Assembly (NCBI GenBank): GCA_965367815.1
Contig: CBDUKN010000017.1
Location: forward strand, 1 to 62,871
Length of the DNA stretch: 62,871 nucleotides
Direction: 5' to 3'
From: an uncultured Thermoprotei archaeon
Lineage (GTDB): Archaea; Thermoproteota; Thermoprotei; Thermofilales; B15-G2
Under the pieces are notes generated by a model. The model was given only the letters and a program-made list of their open reading frames with translations. It did not search any database and had not been told where the DNA came from. Position 1 is the stretch's first letter. Each line of letters begins with the position of its first letter. The translations under genes were made by a program, and so were the position numbers. This document shows positions 1-11,508 of this stretch, piece by piece.

Positions 1-68
1 TGATACGGCGACCACCGAGATCTACACCGTCTAATTCGTCGGCAGCGTCAGATGTGTATAAGAGACAG
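1..68 (+). other. Illumina P5 + i5 index (CGTCTAAT) + Nextera read-1 adapter/mosaic end; library artefact
   Basis: TGATACGGCGACCACCGAGATCTACAC-[8 nt]-TCGTCGGCAGCGTC-AGATGTGTATAAGAGACAG matches the known adapter layout. Confidence 0.99.
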
Positions 69-88
69 ATCCATGCTTACGTAGCCAA

Positions 89-1785
89 ATTAACAATCAA
101 AAGATAATAGAAAGCGCTGGTATATTAGACACGATGAAAAAAATAGAGAAGCCGAGATTAACAATCAAAAGATAATAGAAAGCCTAGCCAGATTCGTTTA
201 AAATTTTCTCTACTGATATCTTTATTAACAATCAAAAGATAATAGAAAGGTATTTTCTCGCCGCCGAGCTCCGCGACGATTGGCATCGCCTATTAACAAT
301 CAAAAGATAATAGAAAGGTATCAAGGGAACACCTTATTCAGTTAATTAGACAAAAATTAACAATCAAAAGATAATAGAAAGCTCGGCCCGAGCACCAAGA
401 GAGATGCATACTATATTAGCGACATTAACAATCAAAAGATAATAGAAAGGAAGCCCAGAAAGCATACCTCGAGGCCGCGCTCCTCGACGAGCTATTAACA
501 ATCAAAAGATAATAGAAAGCCTTCACGCCCACATCCCACATGACCACGTCCACGTCCGCTCATTAACAATCAAAAGATAATAGAAAGACGATAGAGAGTA
601 TTACTACGACTGTAACCATGCCTAACAATTAACAATCAAAAGATAATAGAAAGCTTTGTCTCCTTTCACATAGAGTAGAATTCTCTCATAGTGTATTAAC
701 AATCAAAAGATAATAGAAAGCCTAGCTACAGCAGCACTCATAGAACTCTACTACAGCAAAATTAACAATCAAAAGATAATAGAAAGGCCCGAGCCACCGA
801 CGATGTTCACGTCTATTCTCTCAGCTGATTAACAATCAAAAGATAATAGAAAGTGGACGTGAATATTGCGAGCGCAGAGAGGCTGGACAATTAACAATCA
901 AAAGATAATAGAAAGGTGATAACTGATATTGCATCCTGTATTGCTGACTGTATTTATTAACAATCAAAAGATAATAGAAAGAAAATAGGGGACGTCCTCA
1001 AGATAGAAGACTGGGTCTTCAATTAACAATCAAAAGATAATAGAAAGGCAGGTGTATGGTCTTTATGCCCAGCTTGGCTAAGATTTTATTAACAATCAAA
1101 AGATAATAGAAAGCTCGGGCAGGGGGCGCACGCCCCCACCTCAGCCCTGCCATTAACAATCAAAAGATAATAGAAAGCAAGCCTCGCCGCCAGAATCGTG
1201 GAGCGGGTGGCGCCGATTAACAATCAAAAGATAATAGAAAGGTCATTGTTTCCTGGTCGCCGAAGACCTCTTGGAAGAACTTCAATTAACAATCAAAAGA
1301 TAATAGAAAGAGAGAGGAGAGTGGGACGTAGACTTCCTCGTAATCGACATGATTAACAATCAAAAGATAATAGAAAGGTTTAACTATATTCTGTACTGCT
1401 TCTTGAACCGGCCTCAAAATTAACAATCAAAAGATAATAGAAAGGAAGAGAACGCTGCGCATAAAGAAGAGCCTCAATAGCTCTCTTATTAACAATCAAA
1501 AGATAATAGAAAGATACAGTATCGTTAAATAAAGATCATCATTACGTGCCGCAATTAACAATCAAAAGATAATAGAAAGTTCATCACATACCCAGAGGAC
1601 ATTATCAAAGCCACTAAAGACTTCATAATTAACAATCAAAAGATAATAGAAAGACCCGCATCTCCCGGAGCTCACCGAGGCCCTCGCGTCAGCATTAACA
1701 ATCAAAAGATAATAGAAAGTCTTCCCCACCAGCTCAGCCCTCTTCCTCTCGACCGCCGCTATTAACAATCAAAAGATAATAAAAG
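89..1785 (+). CRISPR. CRISPR array 1: 26 repeats ATTAACAATCAAAAGATAATAGAAAG (26 bp), 25 spacers of 36-48 bp; leader end cut off by contig start
   Basis: Repeats counted directly; last copy (1761-1785) is degenerate, marking the trailer end; 3' GAAAG supports + orientation. Confidence 0.98.
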
Positions 1786-1884
1786 TTTTATTTGACATTA
1801 TTGATTGGAAGTTTCCAATATTTTCTCGAAGTTTTTATTTATTTATATTTGAAAGAAGATACGCGAAAGTGGTGTCTAGGAAAA

Positions 1885-2127
1885 TTATCTTTCTTTTAGA
1901 CACTCTATTACTTCTTTTCTGTTTTCTTTAATTTTCTTGATAGATATTGGTGGAGTTAAGTAAGGCTTTTTCAGTAAGTTTAGTGCTGATGGCTTTGGTG
2001 ATAAATTTGCTGAAGTACTGCTGTAATTAATTCTTCCTTTAAGCTCGATGTTTACTAGTTTTCTGGGTTCGGCTGGGGTGCTTGTTTCTTCTCTACTGAT
2101 TTTTAGAGTGAATTTCTTTTTGGTCAC
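1885..2127 (-). CDS. Hypothetical protein (doubtful)
   Basis: 80-aa ORF with no recognisable motif. Confidence 0.25.
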   Translation of the reverse strand: MTKKKFTLKISREETSTPAEPRKLVNIELKGRINYSSTSANLSPKPSALNLLKKPYLTPPISIKKIKENRKEVIECLKER

Positions 2128-2355
2128 TAGATATTTTTGGTTTATCGGGTATTTGTATCTAGTTGGAGAGTTTTATGTAAGTGGAGTTGAAGTAGCTTTG
2201 CTCAGTGGTTAATGGTCGACGAAGTATTTGTTTGACTGTGTAGTGTTTTCTGTTTACGTGAATAGTAGTTTGTTTTAGAGAGAGTTAGGGTAGTTTATTG
2301 AGGTTTTTTATTGTTTGAGGTTAGCTATATAAGGGGAGTTTAGGTAGGCTTAAGC

Positions 2356-3134
2356 GTGGACGATAGAGTTAAGGCTGTTTTAGAAGTGCTCGTTGCTGAG
2401 GCTGTTTTCTTTGTTTTGGCGTGGTATTTTGAGTACTTGTTTGGCGGGGGTTATGGGTGGTTTTCTAAAACTGTGATGATTTTGCTCGGGTTTATAGGAA
2501 TATTTCTTCACAGAAAGCCTCGTGAATATGGTTTGGTTCCTCGGAGCCTTAAGTTCAGTCTGAAGTGGTGTTTTTATGTTGTTCTTATTTTTTCTTTAGC
2601 TTCGGTTGCCGCTGTAGTGGCTTCTATTTTTCTCGGGAGTTTTGAGGCTGTTGGCTTCTATGTTTTGTTTGTTGATTTAGTGTGGTTTATGGTGTTTGTA
2701 GGTTTTGCTGAGGAACTATTTTTTAGAGGTTATGTGCAGTCTAGGCTTAATGAAGCGTTTAGTAGGAAGTTTAGTAAGTTTCTTGGAGTTAAGTATGAGT
2801 GGAGTGAGGGGACTTTGGTTACAGGTGTTGTTTTCTTCGGGCTTCCTCATTTACTTACAGGAGTTAATCCGTTTACTGGGCGTGTGCTTTTTCTCCTCTT
2901 GTGCTTATTGTGACTATTTTTGCGTGTTTTCTTGGAGTTGTTTTCGGGGTTATTAGGGAGAAAACGGGATGTATTTTATTGTCTTCAGTAATTCATGGTT
3001 TAGTAGACTTCACGACATTTTGTTTAGGGAAAATTACTGGACTAATGATTTCTAGTATTGCTTCAATGATAAGTCTTTTTATTTTCTTTTACTTAATGTT
3101 CGAGAAAATGCTTTCAGAGACTGTTTCTAGCTAA
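2356..3134 (+). pseudogene. CPBP/Abi (CAAX-protease-like) intramembrane metalloprotease, frameshifted near 2890
   Basis: EELFFRG and FGLPH in ORF 2356-2913; HGLVD motif in overlapping ORF 2901-3134. Confidence 0.8.
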
Positions 3135-3194
3135 CTAGTTTTATTAAACACTTTAAGTTAATTTAATATACTTTTTAATTTACTATAGTTTGAG

Positions 3195-4697
3195 TCAATA
3201 GTTTTGTTTTTTAAGTGGCTCAGAGATCCTTTTGGCTAAAGCTAGTGATACAAGAAAACTTCCTGCTATTGCTAGTATTGTGTTTACGTGTGAGTCGGGT
3301 AAAGTACCGTAATTCACTATTAGTAGTGGCGTATATGTTATGTGTATTTCGTTTTTACTGCACTTAATGTACATTATTGTTGATTCTCCGTAGTGTTGTC
3401 TATCTTTAAATGGCTCGAAGAATAAGTCGAATTTAATGTATGAAGTATCTACTCGTATTTCTGTAGTTTTGCTATAGTTCAATAGAACTCTCCATATTAT
3501 ATATGCGCTGTAAGCGCCGCTCATACTTTTTGCACAGAGTGCCCGTCCTGCAAAAATAAATCTACTGTTATTTTTAACGTATGGGTTTACGTAGACGTTA
3601 ATGCTGTATGGGTAACTGTTAGAAATAAAGTAGCATGCTTCAATAGCAAGGGTACTGTTAATATTTCGGGTTTTAAAGTAGCTGACATTTGATGGAGGAA
3701 TAAATTCTTCGTCAATATATAGTCCTTTAATTAAAATTAATGCATAGCTTAGCCTACAAATACCTACTCTTAATGTAAACGATAGCACTACTAATACTAT
3801 TCCTGCTACTATTGCAGCTATTATCCAGTATTTTAATACTATTTTTCTGGTTTCACTATAGATTAAGTAAATTATCGTCAATATTATGGAAAATGCTAAA
3901 ATATAGTTGAAATATGTTTTCATATATTTTATGAAATAAAAGTTAGGTATATTTAATCTTAACTTAGCTATGTGAGGTTTATAGGAATATACTTCGGCTT
4001 CTATCAGTTTAGATTTATTATAAGTTATCTTTATGTCATACATTGGTATTTTGTGTGAATAAACATATACTCTATAAGGATGTATTATGTATACTAGTGC
4101 ATTATAGCTTATTGTTACATTGAATTCTCCTTTATTTAACCCTGTAATGTTACGAAATACTGATATTAAGTAGCTGCTATTAACGCTTGTTGACTTGAAT
4201 TTAATTTGAGAAGGTATTAAGTCTTCGGGTTTAATAAGGTATTCAGCTGTTTCTAGCATTAATTTTTCTTGTATAGGAACTACTATAGATCCACTATAGT
4301 ATTTTTTATAGTAGTTTCTACTTGATGCAACTATATCAAAGTATTGCTGGTAAATTACTTTACTATTGTACTTAATTTCTATTATTGAGCAGAGAATATA
4401 AAGCACAGTTACTGGCAAACTTGCTGACTCGCCGTTATTTTTTAAGAGAAGTACATGGTGTCCGCAAGTGCTAGTGATTTCTAGTACTGATGTTTTTAAA
4501 ACTAGTTTTTCTCCTCCAGGAAGCGTTATTCCATTCCACTTTCCTTCTTCAAGCCAAGTTACTAGGTACTTTAGGTCTATGATCAAGTTGCATTCAATGG
4601 TAGTTGTAAAGTTTAGTAAAGTGAGGGGTATTGTAAAGTTAAGTGTAAGGACTATAAGCAATATTAGCCATAAGGCTGCTGGCTTACTGAGAAACAC
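3195..4697 (-). CDS. Hypothetical membrane protein
   Basis: 500-aa ORF with N-terminal, central and C-terminal hydrophobic segments. Confidence 0.7.
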   Translation of the reverse strand: MFLSKPAALWLILLIVLTLNFTIPLTLLNFTTTIECNLIIDLKYLVTWLEEGKWNGITLPGGEKLVLKTSVLEITSTCGHHVLLLKNNGESASLPVTVLYILCSIIEIKYNSKVIYQQYFDIVASSRNYYKKYYSGSIVVPIQEKLMLETAEYLIKPEDLIPSQIKFKSTSVNSSYLISVFRNITGLNKGEFNVTISYNALVYIIHPYRVYVYSHKIPMYDIKITYNKSKLIEAEVYSYKPHIAKLRLNIPNFYFIKYMKTYFNYILAFSIILTIIYLIYSETRKIVLKYWIIAAIVAGIVLVVLSFTLRVGICRLSYALILIKGLYIDEEFIPPSNVSYFKTRNINSTLAIEACYFISNSYPYSINVYVNPYVKNNSRFIFAGRALCAKSMSGAYSAYIIWRVLLNYSKTTEIRVDTSYIKFDLFFEPFKDRQHYGESTIMYIKCSKNEIHITYTPLLIVNYGTLPDSHVNTILAIAGSFLVSLALAKRISEPLKKQNY

Positions 4698-4939
4698 AAT
4701 GACACCTCTGGTATATGTGGTTTAGCGGCCTGTATATAAGCTTTCAGCAATAAAGTCTTATTATACAATAATAGATTTCTAGTGAATTCATTGTAGTGAT
4801 TTTACTCTACTGCAGTTAGCGCGTCAGGAGTGTTTTAGATTAGTATATTGTGCTTACGGGCTTGAGAAACTGATTAGTGTTTTAAAGTATTTTATTGCGT
4901 TATTACTAGTGTATCTGCGTGAATTACTGCGTAAGTAAT

Positions 4940-5473
4940 GTTGATGAAGCTGTTAGAGAAATTTTGCGCCAGCATGACTTGATGCACGAGGTTGCTCCTG
5001 TTGAGTGAGAACAGGGTATTCCTTTAGGTAACGTGTTTTGTGTGGTTATCTGGGTGATAGTTATCTGCTTAAGTTTTCTTTAGGTAGGGCCGATACTTGG
5101 GAGAGAGGGTATGTTGACTGGTTTAGTGATCTTAAGTTTAACTACGGGACTTTGAGAAGGCTTTGAGAGAAGAGTAGGTTTAGTGAAGGTTAAGTATATG
5201 TTTATTGTTAGCGAGAAAGGCGGAGAATATAGAGTTAAGAATCCGTTTAAGGGCATGAGAGTAGTGCTCCCCGATGTCGACGAAAATAAAGAAAAGTTAA
5301 TTGAAGGAGAAATCTTAGTGTTTGAAACTAGGCCCGGCGCCTGCTATCTTCTTTACGCTGAAGGAGAAAAGCCTCAGCCCGGTGACTTAAATATACCCGT
5401 TCCTTCGAGGAAGCCTAGTGAAACTAACTGGTTTGGCGTAAAGCTTCACAGAAAACTATTCTATGAACTTTAG
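4940..5473 (+). pseudogene. Remnant of a GH95-like glycoside hydrolase (N- and C-terminal fragments only)
   Basis: Interrupted GIPLGN..WG-like N-terminus and SEKGG..VKNPF..FETRPG C-terminus; middle missing. Confidence 0.4.
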
Positions 5474-5841
5474 TTTAAGCTTGGGCTCTACTTCAGCTAT
5501 TTTCTGGTAGTCGGTGTCTTTTGTGTATAGTTCTAAGTCGTATGCTAGCGCTGTTGCTGCAATGTATATGTCGTTTTCGCTTACAGGTGTTCCTTTTTCT
5601 TTAAGCTTAGTAAAAATCTCTGCTGCTTTTTCTAATATATTGTTGTCTAATTGTAGTACTGTAAATGCTTGCTCTAGTTTTGTTTTATAGAATTTTTTAT
5701 CCTTTTTATACCTTATGTATTCGTATATAGAGATTACTGATAAATATACTTCTTCTGCTTGGATAAGCTCTAGGTATTTTCTCGGTCAAGTATTTCTATT
5801 AGTATGCTTGTGTCTAATAGAATTCTCTGGAGGCGCCCCAT
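5456..5841 (-). pseudogene. vapC: VapC PIN-domain toxin, frameshifted near 5780
   Basis: Manual translation: MGRLQRILLDTSILIE, frameshift, then KGTPVSENDIYIAATALAYDLELYTKDTDY. Confidence 0.8.
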
Positions 5842-6056
5842 TTTCTTCTATCCTCTAAGAATTCTTTTAAATCTATTTTTCTTTCAGTCTTATTTTTTTC
5901 TATTATTTCAAGTACTGCTATAACTCTTTTGAGCTTTCGGTATTCTTTGAGTATTTTTTCTATTGTTTCTCCCATGGTTTTTGCTTTAAGTCGCTGTTTT
6001 TCGAGGAGGAGTTCTTGGTAGAGTTCTTTGGAAACTGCTATTGTTGTTCTGCTCAT
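5814..6056 (-). CDS. VapB-type antitoxin (RHH-like)
   Basis: MSRTTIAVSKELYQEL N-terminus; overlaps the vapC start. Confidence 0.75.
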   Translation of the reverse strand: MSRTTIAVSKELYQELLLEKQRLKAKTMGETIEKILKEYRKLKRVIAVLEIIEKNKTERKIDLKEFLEDRRKWGASREFY

Positions 6057-6130
6057 ATACTGTTATAAGTGTATACTGTTATAAATGTTTAAAGGTTATC
6101 TTCTTATGTTAGCTTAGATAATAGTTACGG

Positions 6131-7726
6131 ATGAAGGCTCTTATTGTAGCGCCTTTAGGGGACTTTGAGAGAGCTAGTAGTGTTTCTTATTTAGTTGAAG
6201 TGCCTAGTGACGGGTTTAAGGAAACTCGTTTCTCGGAGTACTGTGCTAGATTGAGTACTGCTGCTCTCTACTCTGCTTTAACAGAGGATTTGGGCTGGAG
6301 CTGTGAGTGCTTGTTTCTTGTTCCCTCTACACTAGCTATTAGAAGCATTTATTTCTATGGAGAGTTTCCGGAAAGTTTTGCTGATTTAGAGAAACTTGCA
6401 CTAAAGTATATTGAGGAGAATTTATGTCGTGGCGATGTTTTTCCGGAGAAGTATTCTGTGAAAGTGCTTCCTAGTATAGGTTCTTTTGTTTGTCCTTCTG
6501 GTAAAAGCCTTGTTGAAGTGTATTTTAAGGGCAGTATGAGAGTATTCTATGCCAATGTCTACTTACATGTTTTGAAAGTGTTGGCTAAAGGAGATTACGA
6601 TGTAGTTGTTCTTGATTTGAGTCACAGTGTTAACTTTATGCCTTTTGCTACTAAAAGTGCTTTAGAGTACGCGTCTTACGCCTATATGGCTTCGAGTACT
6701 GATGAGAAGAAGAGACTCTACTTGCTTACTTACTGTGCTGTCCCTGTTATTTGTCCTAGGAAAGAGCCTTTAAAGAGTCTTGTAGCGCCTGTTCACTTAC
6801 TTGAAACAATTAGACTTGAGCCTAAGTCTGCTTTCAAGATTCTCTGCGACGAGATTTATAGGCTTATTCACTACCGTGACGAGGGGTATAGGACTTTTAG
6901 AAAAGAGCGCTTAATTAATATTACAGATAAGTCTAGAGCTAAAGCTATTTTAAGCGAGTATAAGAGAGCACTAGCGTCTAGTAAAATAGATGTGCTTTTA
7001 GATGATTTGTGGAAGCTTACAGGACACTTAGTAGACTCTATTGAAAACGGCTTAGTGCTGAAATTAGCTACAGTGCTCGATAAGCTTTCTGAAGACTATG
7101 TTAAAGCACTAGAGACAATCATTGTGAAGTACTCTACTGACCCGGGTGCTCTAGTTAAGCATGTGAGTACTAAAGATAAGTCTACGGTAATTGAGTACGA
7201 GTATGCTATTGAGCCTAGAAAAAGGCTCATTAAACTGCATGCTTTACTCTATGCAGTTGTTTCTAAGAAAATGAAGCTCGGCTCTATAAGCGACGATGGG
7301 TGGTTTTCTATAGATGTTTTGAAGAAAATTAAAGAAGAGTTTATAGTAGATCCTGTTAAGGAAATAATTATTGATAATGAGCTCAGCGATTTTAAGAAAA
7401 GAATACTTGGTTTATTTAACTTAACTGATATTCCTGAAAATCCCCTAGCGAGTAGAGAAGGAGTTCCTTATGCAGCAGTACACGCATTAACTAGTGAAGC
7501 TAGAGCAGTAAGGCTAATCGATATATTTAGGAAGAGCAGGCCTTTTACAAGGCACTTAGTTAAAGAGCTAGAAGAAAAGGCGGAGAAAGTTCCTGTTAAA
7601 TGCCATGAAAGAGATTTTTACGCACACGCTGGTCTTGAACAGAATATTGTGCAGGTAAAAGTAAGTAAAGGCTCTATCTGCCTGAAGTACCGAGTGAATA
7701 TTCTTGAGGAAAAACAGCTACTCTAG
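6131..7726 (+). CDS. csx1: CRISPR-associated CARF-HEPN ribonuclease Csx1
   Basis: CARF motif LDLSHSVNFMP; C-terminal HEPN R-X4-H motif RDFYAHAG; 531 aa. Confidence 0.88.
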   Translation: MKALIVAPLGDFERASSVSYLVEVPSDGFKETRFSEYCARLSTAALYSALTEDLGWSCECLFLVPSTLAIRSIYFYGEFPESFADLEKLALKYIEENLCRGDVFPEKYSVKVLPSIGSFVCPSGKSLVEVYFKGSMRVFYANVYLHVLKVLAKGDYDVVVLDLSHSVNFMPFATKSALEYASYAYMASSTDEKKRLYLLTYCAVPVICPRKEPLKSLVAPVHLLETIRLEPKSAFKILCDEIYRLIHYRDEGYRTFRKERLINITDKSRAKAILSEYKRALASSKIDVLLDDLWKLTGHLVDSIENGLVLKLATVLDKLSEDYVKALETIIVKYSTDPGALVKHVSTKDKSTVIEYEYAIEPRKRLIKLHALLYAVVSKKMKLGSISDDGWFSIDVLKKIKEEFIVDPVKEIIIDNELSDFKKRILGLFNLTDIPENPLASREGVPYAAVHALTSEARAVRLIDIFRKSRPFTRHLVKELEEKAEKVPVKCHERDFYAHAGLEQNIVQVKVSKGSICLKYRVNILEEKQLL

Positions 7727-7838
7727 TAGTTCAACCGCGACCATAAAGTAGTTACATAGCTTTCTATTAATAAGACTAGGTTTGAGGCTCCATAAAATAT
7801 AAGGCTTTACTTCAATAAAATACTAGGGTGCTCGAAAG

Positions 7839-8768
7839 ATGTCTATAATCAAAAAATACGTATCTAGATTTTTTGGTCCTAGGGTAAAGCAGTTTGAGTG
7901 GAGTATTTGGACTTCATGGTTCATAGAACTTCCGGTCGAACAGGCTTTAAAGAAAATATGTGAAGTAGGCTTCAAGTATATTGAGCTTTCAGCTGAACAT
8001 ATGAATGAAATTCTTGCACGAAACCGTGAAATATATCTTGATTCTAATTCCCGAGACCGTGCACTGAGTATCGATGAACCCTGTCCTTTAAATAAACTCT
8101 CCTCTCTTCTAGAATCACTGGGTCTTAAAGCAATTCACGTACATGGACCCTTCGATCTCGTAGACTTTACTTCGAAGAGTATTTATGAGAGAATAAAAGA
8201 GGCTGAAAAATGGATAGAGTATGCTCACAAGTTAGGCTTGCCTACTATTGTCTGCCATCCGTTTACTTTAAGAGAACTTAGCCCAAGTAAGTGTAAGGAA
8301 ATGAACCTTAAGTTTTATGGAGAAGTAGTGAAGTTTTGTAGGGAATATGGTGTAAAAATAGCTTTAGAAAATATTGATAGTAAATGCAAGTATGGAGCAA
8401 AAATAAGCAACTTAATCGAAATAATTGAAGCGCTTTCAGACGAGTACCTTGGAATATGCTTAGATACAAGTCACGCCAATTTATCTGCTTACCCGAATAA
8501 AGTCGAAGAAGCAGTCTTAGAGGCAGGACAGTACGTAATAGCCACTCACTTAAGCGATAATTTAGGCGAGAAAGATGATCACTTAATGCTCGGTAGAGGA
8601 AAAATTGACTGGAGTAAAGTTTTAGAAGCTTTTAGAGAAATAGGTTACAGTAAACCCCTTAATCTGGAAATACCTGGTGAAATACAGAATCTGTCTACTG
8701 AAGAGAAATTTAGTAAACTTAAAAATATCTTAATAGAATTGAATAAATTCAATGCAATATCCGAGTAG
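7839..8768 (+). CDS. Sugar phosphate isomerase/epimerase (AP endonuclease 2 TIM barrel)
   Basis: ALEN, CLDTSH, HLSDN..DDHL and LEI metal-binding motifs. Confidence 0.88.
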   Translation: MSIIKKYVSRFFGPRVKQFEWSIWTSWFIELPVEQALKKICEVGFKYIELSAEHMNEILARNREIYLDSNSRDRALSIDEPCPLNKLSSLLESLGLKAIHVHGPFDLVDFTSKSIYERIKEAEKWIEYAHKLGLPTIVCHPFTLRELSPSKCKEMNLKFYGEVVKFCREYGVKIALENIDSKCKYGAKISNLIEIIEALSDEYLGICLDTSHANLSAYPNKVEEAVLEAGQYVIATHLSDNLGEKDDHLMLGRGKIDWSKVLEAFREIGYSKPLNLEIPGEIQNLSTEEKFSKLKNILIELNKFNAISE

Positions 8769-8819
8769 CTGCGACTTAACGTTCATAAAGAATATAGCTG
8801 CCGGAGTCTCCGAAGAAAA

Positions 8820-11441
8820 GTGTTTAGGAAGATAGCTGTCTTTACTCTTTTAATTATTTCAATTACGTGCTATTTCACATACTCGCAGCCTAAAGTATAT
8901 TTGAGTATAGGTAAGAGGGGCGTCTTGGATCTATCTGTATTAGGCGAGAAAATAGAGCTCGTGAATACTGGTATTCTCTGGGTGCGCGAGTATACTAGAG
9001 TTTTAGGTGGAGTAAACTTGCTTAAATTTTCTCCTAAATTAGTTAAAGGTAAATGTTTCCTGAAAATTAGTGGGACTTCAGTGAATATTAGTTTAAGTGA
9101 GTCTAGTAAAGCTGTAGTTAAGCTAGGTGAGTGCAGTGTGGAGGGAGAACTACTTTATGTTTTTACAGCGCTTTCCTCTGGATGGAACGGCTTTATTGAT
9201 GCTGGTGGTGGGCCTTTAGCTGAAGTATGGTGTGTATGGACTTTGAGTAGTGGTAAGAAAGTCTATGAGAGGCTTCTCGTTCCTTCGGGAAGTACTCCTG
9301 TTCCGCGTAGATACTCTAATTTTACTGAAGCTCCTGTGGACGCTGTTAAAGCTGAAGTATACTTAGTTGCTGTTTCGCCTAAAACTCTTAGAGCATCTAC
9401 ATGGATCTATGTTGAGTCCCCGGCTTTAATTAAGGCTCCTCTTGAAGCCTACTGGCGTCCAGTTATGTTTACTCAATTTATTGATGAAGATGGCTGGAAA
9501 GTGCTTATAGGAGAACTCGATGAAGTAGTTTACTGGCTTAGAGTAAGGAACTTGGGGGAATATGCTTTAATTGAAGTAGTTCTCGAAAATAAGGCTTCGT
9601 ATAGTAGAGCACTGGATGTAGGAGTTTTTATTCCACTTAAGCCGGAGAACTGGGTTATGTGGATTGATCCTAGGACTGCTGTTCCACTGATCCAGAAGAC
9701 TTATGGCCGGTTAGTGAACTCTCTTGTCTCAGGAGGATATCTGCCTATTTCTCTCTACCCTGTTTCAGCTGTATCATCAGAGTCTGTGTGCTTAGGTTTA
9801 GGTATTCCGCTAACACATCCTGAGCACTATGTTTTCGCATATTTCCCTGGAATAGGATACGGCGTGTTTTTTGAAGTAGCTCTCACAGAGAGAAATACGA
9901 AGCACTCTAAGGCCGTTTTAAAGCTTGAGCTCTACGGTACTTCAGGTGGACTGCGAGAAATTATTGCCGATTACTATAGTCTCCACTTAGAGTGGTTTAC
10001 TCCGAGTATAAACATTACTTTAAGCAAGTGCAACTATAGTGAAGGACTACAGGGTTTTGCTCAGGGATGGTTTGAGTCGCCGTCGCTGGCACGCAAGTAT
10101 AGAGAATTGACAGAGGAAGGAGCCTATTTAGCTGAATATATTTTGCCTTGGGAATACGAGCCAGTTACACGCATTGCTGTCTCTAGTCCTCCGCCGAGCT
10201 ACTGGTATTCAGTGAAGCTTATGGAGAAGCCTCTTATTGAGCAAGGCAGAAGAATTCTTAAAGCTAAAGTAGCGCTCGCTACTTGTCCACGTGACGAGAA
10301 CGGGTACCCGCTGGTAGTTAAGGTAGTAAGAGGCCCCAACTACAGGCCAAGTGAATGGGTTCCTAAAATACCGATGAACCCTGACCCTGATTTGCCCGGC
10401 TATAATGTGTGGAACTATACTGTAGACGTTGTTTCTGCAGCCATTAGAACCGTAAAAGAGTACGGCTACAGTCTCAGTGGAGTAGAGTTAGACAACTTTA
10501 TGGCTAGATCAGGGTGCCTCGACTTCAGAAAAGAGGCTATAGAGGCATGTAACTACAATCTCGTATACGACCCTAATACCTTTAAGCCAGCAGTCCACTT
10601 GTCCTATACTGCCGTAGAGTATTTGGCTCGCTTAAAGAAATGGATTAAAGAAAATATTCCAGGTGGAGGACTTACTGGAAACTTTGTTGCCGAAGGCTAC
10701 GCTAACTTCGGGCTCCCTTACTTAGATGCACTGCCATTTGAGTGCTCGCCGCGCTTTAACTGGGGTGACGTAGAGCTACTTTATCGCCGATTTGCTGCCG
10801 GATATAAGCCAGTACTAGGTTTTCTAGCCTACCGAGGAAATAAAAGCGAAGTCCTTGAAGAGTACGTTGAGACACTGATCTTCTACGGCATTATGCCTTC
10901 ACTCAAAGACCAAGACAGACAGCTGTTAATAGAAAACGCAGCTTTATTCGAGAAACTATTTCAAGTATATAAAGCGCTACAGAAAGCGAGCTGGCGGCCA
11001 GTAACATTAGCTAAAGTAAATAGTCCTTTAATAGTAGAGCAGTTTGGCGAGTGGCCTCAACTATATTTCACGGTACACAATCCCTCAAATACTTCAGCTC
11101 CACTAGTACTCGAAGTAGATTTGAAAACACTAAACAATAATACAAAGGTCGATGTTAAAGTAATATGGGGTGAAGTAAGTGTTAAAGTATTTGTTAAAGA
11201 AGATAAGCTCGTACTCGAGGCAAGTGAACTGAAGCCTAAGAAAACAGCAGTATTTTTGCTAACTAAAGCTACTGGCGAAGAAGCATTGACTAAAGCACAG
11301 GGAGCTCGAAGTAGTTTCGAAGAAAAGTCTTTTAGTAGAGTTTACTGGAGTAAGGCTGCAGTGTTATCGGGTTTAATAGTCTTGATTTTGGCTACAGTGT
11401 ACTTCTTTTTAAAGAGAAAAGTCCTTAAGAAGTACTCGTAG
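8820..11441 (+). CDS. Secreted, C-terminally membrane-anchored protein, possibly carbohydrate-active
   Basis: Signal peptide, C-terminal TM plus basic tail, GVELDN TIM-barrel-like motif. Confidence 0.6.
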   Translation: MFRKIAVFTLLIISITCYFTYSQPKVYLSIGKRGVLDLSVLGEKIELVNTGILWVREYTRVLGGVNLLKFSPKLVKGKCFLKISGTSVNISLSESSKAVVKLGECSVEGELLYVFTALSSGWNGFIDAGGGPLAEVWCVWTLSSGKKVYERLLVPSGSTPVPRRYSNFTEAPVDAVKAEVYLVAVSPKTLRASTWIYVESPALIKAPLEAYWRPVMFTQFIDEDGWKVLIGELDEVVYWLRVRNLGEYALIEVVLENKASYSRALDVGVFIPLKPENWVMWIDPRTAVPLIQKTYGRLVNSLVSGGYLPISLYPVSAVSSESVCLGLGIPLTHPEHYVFAYFPGIGYGVFFEVALTERNTKHSKAVLKLELYGTSGGLREIIADYYSLHLEWFTPSINITLSKCNYSEGLQGFAQGWFESPSLARKYRELTEEGAYLAEYILPWEYEPVTRIAVSSPPPSYWYSVKLMEKPLIEQGRRILKAKVALATCPRDENGYPLVVKVVRGPNYRPSEWVPKIPMNPDPDLPGYNVWNYTVDVVSAAIRTVKEYGYSLSGVELDNFMARSGCLDFRKEAIEACNYNLVYDPNTFKPAVHLSYTAVEYLARLKKWIKENIPGGGLTGNFVAEGYANFGLPYLDALPFECSPRFNWGDVELLYRRFAAGYKPVLGFLAYRGNKSEVLEEYVETLIFYGIMPSLKDQDRQLLIENAALFEKLFQVYKALQKASWRPVTLAKVNSPLIVEQFGEWPQLYFTVHNPSNTSAPLVLEVDLKTLNNNTKVDVKVIWGEVSVKVFVKEDKLVLEASELKPKKTAVFLLTKATGEEALTKAQGARSSFEEKSFSRVYWSKAAVLSGLIVLILATVYFFLKRKVLKKYS

Positions 11442-11508
11442 TATTTTAATTTCTTGGACTATGTGACACTGTAATAAGTTTTATTAATTTTTTTGTGAAG
11501 GATTTTCT

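Noticed and set aside
50-68. Tn5 mosaic end suggesting a transposon
   Set aside because: Part of the Nextera adapter, not a genomic element
1562-1768. 68-aa minus-strand ORF
   Set aside because: Translation of CRISPR repeats and spacers (repeated FYYLLIVN)
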